Shown: positions 34,476 through 35,326 of the stretch, in pieces
Layout of the letters: each line of letters begins with the position of its first letter
How positions within the stretch are numbered: position 1 is the stretch's first letter
NCBI RefSeq assembly: GCF_001194135.2
Contig: NC_068990.1
Coordinates: 83,814,629 to 83,849,954, forward strand
Direction: 5' to 3'
DNA: 35,326 nucleotides
Source of the DNA: Octopus bimaculoides
Taxonomy: Eukaryota
Notes under the pieces: generated by a model
Databases searched by the model: none
Seen by the model: the letters and a program-made list of their open reading frames with translations, nothing else
What the model was told of the DNA's origin: nothing
Made by a program: the position numbers and the translations under genes

Positions 34476-35170
34476 ATGGAAAAAGCTGACAACCATGTCT
34501 AGGCTCTCTTGCTCATATTGCATGGTGCAGAGTCCTGTTGCACATCCTCCCCCCGGGCACTTGATGTAGGCATCCATGTTGAGTCTGAGACCATTTGGAA
34601 ATGGAGGCATAACGTCACCATCACTAGTGATCACTCCAAACTCCATGATGTTGACTGGATGTTTGATTTTTATCACTCTCGTTACATATCCCCAGATTGA
34701 CATTGAAACATTCTGAAATGTTCATGCTGGAGCTTCCGACGTGAATGCCAAGTAGTATCGCATGTCATTTCCAAATTTTTGGCTGAGTGAATTGCATCAT
34801 GGTGCAGTCTTTCTCAAAGAGAGTGCCCCACTGACCCTACTATACTGTGTAGTCAACAAAATTATGAGCAAAAATGTGCGTGCACAAAATAAAAAATATA
34901 AAATGGTGACAATCTACCCATCACACCCTGTATGTGTGTGTGTATATATATGTGTGCGCGTGCTTCTGCACGCGCATGTGTGAATATATATATATATGTG
35001 TGTGTGTGCATATGCGTACATTAATTGAGTTTTAGAAAAACAGTTACTCACAATCCTCGATATGTTTTTAGCCAAGTCATGGTATTCTTTTGATCTCGTA
35101 TTTACGAGGTCCTTAGAAAAGTCTTTACTCACTGTAAACGTCAGGTTAAACAGAAATGAATGCGTCCAAC
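11142..35170 (-). CDS. Adhesion G protein-coupled receptor (class B2), SEA-HormR-GAIN/GPS-7TM, ADGRG6/GPR126-like architecture; 5'-partial, 17 coding exons
   Basis: Manual join (minus): 35052-35170, 33531-33589, 32436-32593, 31217-31337, 29144-29304, 27472-27703, 26610-26781, 24467-24619, 22053-22193, 21143-21292, 19182-19300, 17878-18001, 16563-16707, 15124-15196, 13637-14028, 13051-13098, 11142-11221. All introns GT..AG, all phases match, 2447 nt, no internal stop. Motifs: GPS CVYWD..WSTKGC..CSCNHLTSFALLM; TM3 LLHYFLTVSIMWMAVEA; TM7 FAIFNTLQGLFIFIFYC; about 10 N-X-S/T sequons in extracellular parts. Confidence 0.93.
11290..11732 (+). mobile_element. tRNA-head SINE (family A), near full length with internal (TA)n(TG)n
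   Basis: Head GGAGTGGCTGTGTGGTAAG..GGTTCAGTCCC (A/B-box-like), CTTGGGCAAGTG core, tail AAGAATAAGTCCTGGGGTCGATTTG..CAAGTAAAAGAG; repeated elsewhere in window. Confidence 0.9.
12540..12923 (-). mobile_element. SINE family A, inverted copy
   Basis: RC of tail (cttgtttcagtc..ccaggacttattctttgtaagcctagtac) and head (gcccaag..gggactgaacctggaaccatgtgg). Confidence 0.9.
13051..13098 (-). CDS. aGPCR exon 16: 48-nt tail exon (TQDSSEGKMLAKQNF)
   Basis: Acceptor gttccctcgttag|AT, donor TTTT|gtaagt, symmetric phase 1 to 1. No homology support, so it could be optional or spurious. Confidence 0.6.
13637..14028 (-). CDS. aGPCR exon 15: ECL2 Cys, TM5-TM7, helix 8 (CWLSQTSFYAAFLFPV...FYCLYKKDARD...KYKT)
   Basis: Acceptor ccatttctttctag|T, donor ACAA|gtaggt, 392 nt, phase 2 to 1; ORF 13629..14060. 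LLGLSW and FNTLQGLFIFIFYC motifs. Confidence 0.95.
14190..14900 (-). mobile_element. Decayed mariner-family transposase fragment
   Basis: FLTQDECWLHYFEPEKKRQSIQWKY...PKKVKAISSAGK (first catalytic D region), plus upstream HTH-like YLQKNGLAPKEI..GFRRGRESLEEEP with stops. Confidence 0.88.
15124..15196 (-). CDS. aGPCR exon 14: TM4-ECL2 (G-LPAIIVILTLIINNTNNYIRIAE-V)
   Basis: Acceptor attattag|GT, donor GAGGT|gtaagt, 73 nt, phase 1 to 2. Completes WGLP. Confidence 0.92.
16563..16707 (-). CDS. aGPCR exon 13: TM3-ICL2-TM4 start (AVAALLHYFLTVSIMWMAVEASHIYLAVVVVFNKYMSHYMLKSTVIAW)
   Basis: Acceptor attattatag|GCA, donor TGGG|gtatgt, phase 0 to 1. LHYF...WM..EA..Y motif. Confidence 0.95.
16860..17290 (+). 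mobile_element. Internally deleted Tc1/mariner-superfamily (maT-like) transposon, copy 1
   Basis: KTKHPVNIMVFGVISSDGDVMPP..LRLNTKAYIKCLEEVMLPW..YVWQQDSAPCH. Confidence 0.88.
17581..17810 (-). mobile_element. RTE-type LINE 3' tail
   Basis: RC of GTTAGGAAGGGCATCCAGCT..AACCCATGCCAGCATGG..AAACGATGATGAT tail. Confidence 0.8.
17878..18001 (-). CDS. aGPCR exon 12: ICL1-TM2-ECL1 (TLRKGLFSKILINLCIALAVANFIFLVGMRPYATKNMIACK)
   Basis: Acceptor ccattttttttcag|A, donor AAA|gtgagt, phase 2 to 0. KILINLC TM2 motif and ECL1 Cys. Confidence 0.94.
18152..18507 (+). mobile_element. SINE family A, 3'-clipped
   Basis: Same head, core and tail blocks; ends at ctccaacatggc where the 79-bp array begins. Confidence 0.88.
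18509..18771 (+). repeat. 78-79-bp tandem repeat, ~3.3 copies
   Basis: aagacatg-type starts at 18513, 18591, 18670, 18749. Confidence 0.95.
19182..19300 (-). CDS. aGPCR exon 11: Stachel end and TM1 (DVYGNEKDVDVKSISIISSIGCGISIVCLILTIIVHVSS)
   Basis: Acceptor tttctattgcag|GAT, donor CCAA|gtaagc, phase 0 to 2. IGCGIS TM1 motif. Confidence 0.94.
19633..19778 (+). mobile_element. RTE-type LINE 3' tail ending in (GAT)n
   Basis: gttaggaagggcatccagctgtagaaac..ccaacccatgctagcatggaaagcggacgttaaacgatgatgat. Confidence 0.82.
20563..20707 (+). repeat. 145-bp direct duplication, copy A (copy B at 26359-26503)
   Basis: ttgtggctactagagtagg...ctacatgaagacaat; 2 mismatches seen between copies. Confidence 0.95.
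20927..21110 (-). mobile_element. SINE family B, decayed
   Basis: RC of the GGTTGACTTTATCTTTCATTCTTTCAGGGTCGATAGAATAAGCAC block seen at 23540-23757. Confidence 0.7.
21143..21292 (-). CDS. aGPCR exon 10: GPS motif (NGTNPRCVYWDDTSGQDPHWSTKGCNIYNIVPGERISCSCNHLTSFALLM)
   Basis: Acceptor tttgttttcag|AAT, donor ATG|gttggt, 150 nt. Canonical GPS cysteines and tryptophans and the H-L/T autoproteolysis triad. Confidence 0.96.
21618..21945 (+). mobile_element. Mariner 5' end (TIR remnant and N-terminal HTH)
   Basis: tatgaggtgatatcaaaagttcccggact TIR-like start; ANMKFCVKLGKSATETLSMLQQAY. Confidence 0.82.
22053..22193 (-). CDS. aGPCR exon 9: GAIN B (VIQKPLKKKMEVLEQFVNSQIIAANIPNIQITNLDKPITVSFSLIHK)
   Basis: Acceptor ctcattttatag|GTA, donor AAG|gtaata, 141 nt, phase 0 to 0. 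NSxII-A..I.NL..P-I-x-V-x-F GAIN motif. Confidence 0.9.
23280..23757 (+). mobile_element. Two tandem decayed SINE family B copies (~23280-23460 and ~23540-23757)
   Basis: Shared ggcagaatt/ccttagcat..agacaaaa head and gaggt(c/t)gacttt..ctttcat..agtacca core. Confidence 0.7.
23833..24022. mobile_element. MITE with ~20-bp TIRs (probably Tc1/mariner-derived)
   Basis: GGATCTATTCAATTTGATGG (23836-23855) and CCGTCAAATTGAATAGATCC (24000-24019), 1 mismatch; TSD degraded. Confidence 0.75.
24467..24619 (-). CDS. aGPCR exon 8: GAIN subdomain B (IYNASYSELENMMVMDFISLPNSLLKRLKSKELLRISRVSFHSLRTDKLYR)
   Basis: Acceptor tctttcctcccaccag|ATA, donor AGG|gtatgt, 153 nt, phase 0 to 0. I-x-LP-x-SL motif. Confidence 0.9.
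24715..24783. repeat. (CTA)n microsatellite
   Basis: Near-perfect triplet run. Confidence 0.95.
26359..26503 (+). repeat. 145-bp direct duplication, copy B
   Basis: Matches 20563-20707. Confidence 0.95.
26610..26781 (-). CDS. aGPCR exon 7: GAIN (MLAVIERIPNEV...KNGTKKINT)
   Basis: Acceptor atatttttcacag|A, donor ACG|gtacaa, phase 2 to 0; inside ORF 26550..26825. Confidence 0.88.
26861..27278 (+). mobile_element. SINE family A, near full length
   Basis: Highly similar to 11290-11732 throughout. Confidence 0.9.
27320..27460. repeat. Compound (CTA)/(CTG)/(CCA) microsatellite next to the exon 6 donor
   Basis: Direct reading. Confidence 0.9.
27472..27703 (-). CDS. aGPCR exon 6: GAIN subdomain A helices (NIEKNSQKLLGISK...QESNQSAN)
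   Basis: Acceptor tttctttttgcag|AT, donor AATGG|gtaata, 232 nt, phase 1 to 2; inside ORF 27468..27794. Confidence 0.88.
28795..29027. mobile_element. SINE family A chimera: plus-strand tail piece (28795-28878) fused to minus-strand head (28889-29027)
   Basis: gttgtccccctaccatcgcttggcaacc.. followed by cttctttcagtttccgtctaccaaatcc..caagctacttacc. Confidence 0.8.
29144..29304 (-). CDS. aGPCR exon 5: HormR C-part and GAIN start (ITRENEFPNNLFQENPFPRFGASMWEDPDLSHCYDMDWITQALQNISSSDFDE)
   Basis: Acceptor tttgttttccag|T, donor GAAA|gtaagt, phase 2 to 1. W-x-x-P-D-x-S-x-C motif. Confidence 0.9.
29810..30480 (+). mobile_element. RTE-clade LINE, ORF2 C-terminal region plus 3' UTR remnant
   Basis: FRQLLPLL..KGLSLRVKGRLYDTCV*TAMLHGSET..AEDMHRLERNEASMLRWM, followed by tail motifs. 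Confidence 0.88.
30860..31050 (+). mobile_element. Helentron/HINE (DINE-1-like) non-autonomous element end
   Basis: aaagtttcatccgaatcc core, (CAAA)n microsatellite, then aaaacaatac and hairpin CTCCGCCTT-cgcc-AAGGCGGAG (31025-31046). Confidence 0.6.
31217..31337 (-). CDS. aGPCR exon 4: hormone-receptor (HormR) domain N-part (VLCNEETTSSKKGSFHWPTTSGRTTVRLPCHENDAEATRK-C)
   Basis: Acceptor atattttcaag|TG, donor AAATG|gtttgt, phase 1 to 2. C..G.F.WP.T..G....LPC..A.R.C HormR signature. Confidence 0.9.
32436..32593 (-). CDS. aGPCR exon 3: SEA C-half (HPRVTAYISIYCTVLIHISEVEVWYNIYNILNSSKTMDHLDIERDTMKLTSA)
   Basis: Acceptor ttttctctcctcaaag|A, donor GCAG|gtaagc, 158 nt open, phase 2 to 1, bridging exons 2 and 4 exactly. 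Confidence 0.8.
33005..33430 (-). mobile_element. RTE-type LINE 3' tail
   Basis: Same tail motifs as 17581-17810 and 19633-19778, with additional upstream UTR sequence. Confidence 0.82.
33531..33589 (-). CDS. aGPCR exon 2: SEA middle (LEEEFSKLHGTYIVKVRYF-R)
   Basis: Acceptor tttatttacag|CTA, donor TTCAG|gtgagt, 59 nt, phase 0 to 2. Confidence 0.82.
33715..34360 (-). mobile_element. RTE-type LINE endonuclease-region fragment
   Basis: Minus translation KLLEFCDVNDFVIYNIIPRKPVSHLITF*SEEHTNQIDFIL, then EMYQEASREAEGLIYL. Confidence 0.75.
34408..34474. repeat. (TAG)n microsatellite
   Basis: Perfect triplet run. Confidence 0.95.
34480..34931 (-). mobile_element. Internally deleted Tc1/mariner-superfamily (maT-like) transposon, copy 2, retaining a terminus
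   Basis: IKIKHPVNIMEFGVITSDGDVMPPFPNGLRLNMDAYIKC; terminus TA-CAGGGTGTGATGGG at 34931. Confidence 0.88.
35052..35170 (-). CDS. aGPCR exon 1 in window: SEA-like domain N-half (WTHSFLFNLTFTVSKDFSKDLVNTRSKEYHDLAKNISRI)
   Basis: Acceptor ttttccgcgagcag|G, donor ATT|gtgagt, phase 1 to 0. F-x-L-x-F...F-x-x-D-L-x-N-x-x-S-x-E-Y-x-x-L pattern typical of SEA domains. Confidence 0.85.
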
Positions 35171-35326
35171 CTGCTCGCGGAAAAGTAAAAGAGAGTGACG
35201 TCATGGTGATAACGCAATAGACATATAGCAAAACAATACATAGGGGACAAATAATAAGATAAACATCATTACAGCATACATGTATATATATATTTATTAT
35301 GTGTATATATATATATATATATATAT

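Noticed and set aside
11142-35170. Assigning the symbol ADGRG6/GPR126
   Set aside because: Architecture is similar but orthology needs phylogeny and the missing N-terminus, so the symbol is left blank.

Overview
Eukaryotic, AT-rich, repeat-dense genomic window with 7 assembly gaps. The SINE, RTE-LINE and microsatellite landscape is consistent with an octopod cephalopod genome (inference from repeat motifs, not a database result). The main content is one multi-exon adhesion-class GPCR gene on the minus strand, most of whose exons are too short to appear in the ORF track. I reconstructed 17 coding exons between 35170 and 11142 by reading splice sites; all have GT..AG boundaries and compatible phases, giving 2447 nt (about 815 aa) with no internal stop. 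Domain order: SEA-like, HormR, GAIN/GPS (CNHL/TSFALLM), 7TM (ADGRG/GPR126-like motifs), then a Ser-rich tail ending in T-R-L. The 5' end lies beyond the window. Introns carry SINEs, RTE LINE pieces, mariner and Tc1-type fragments, MITEs and tandem repeats. Downstream (1-11 kb) there is no recognisable host gene. It holds a ~0.9 kb inverted duplication enclosing ~5 kb, which contains a hAT MITE with an intact 8-bp target-site duplication, a decayed CR1-type LINE RT, and a 12-unit fold-back minisatellite that cuts the RT at its catalytic motif.
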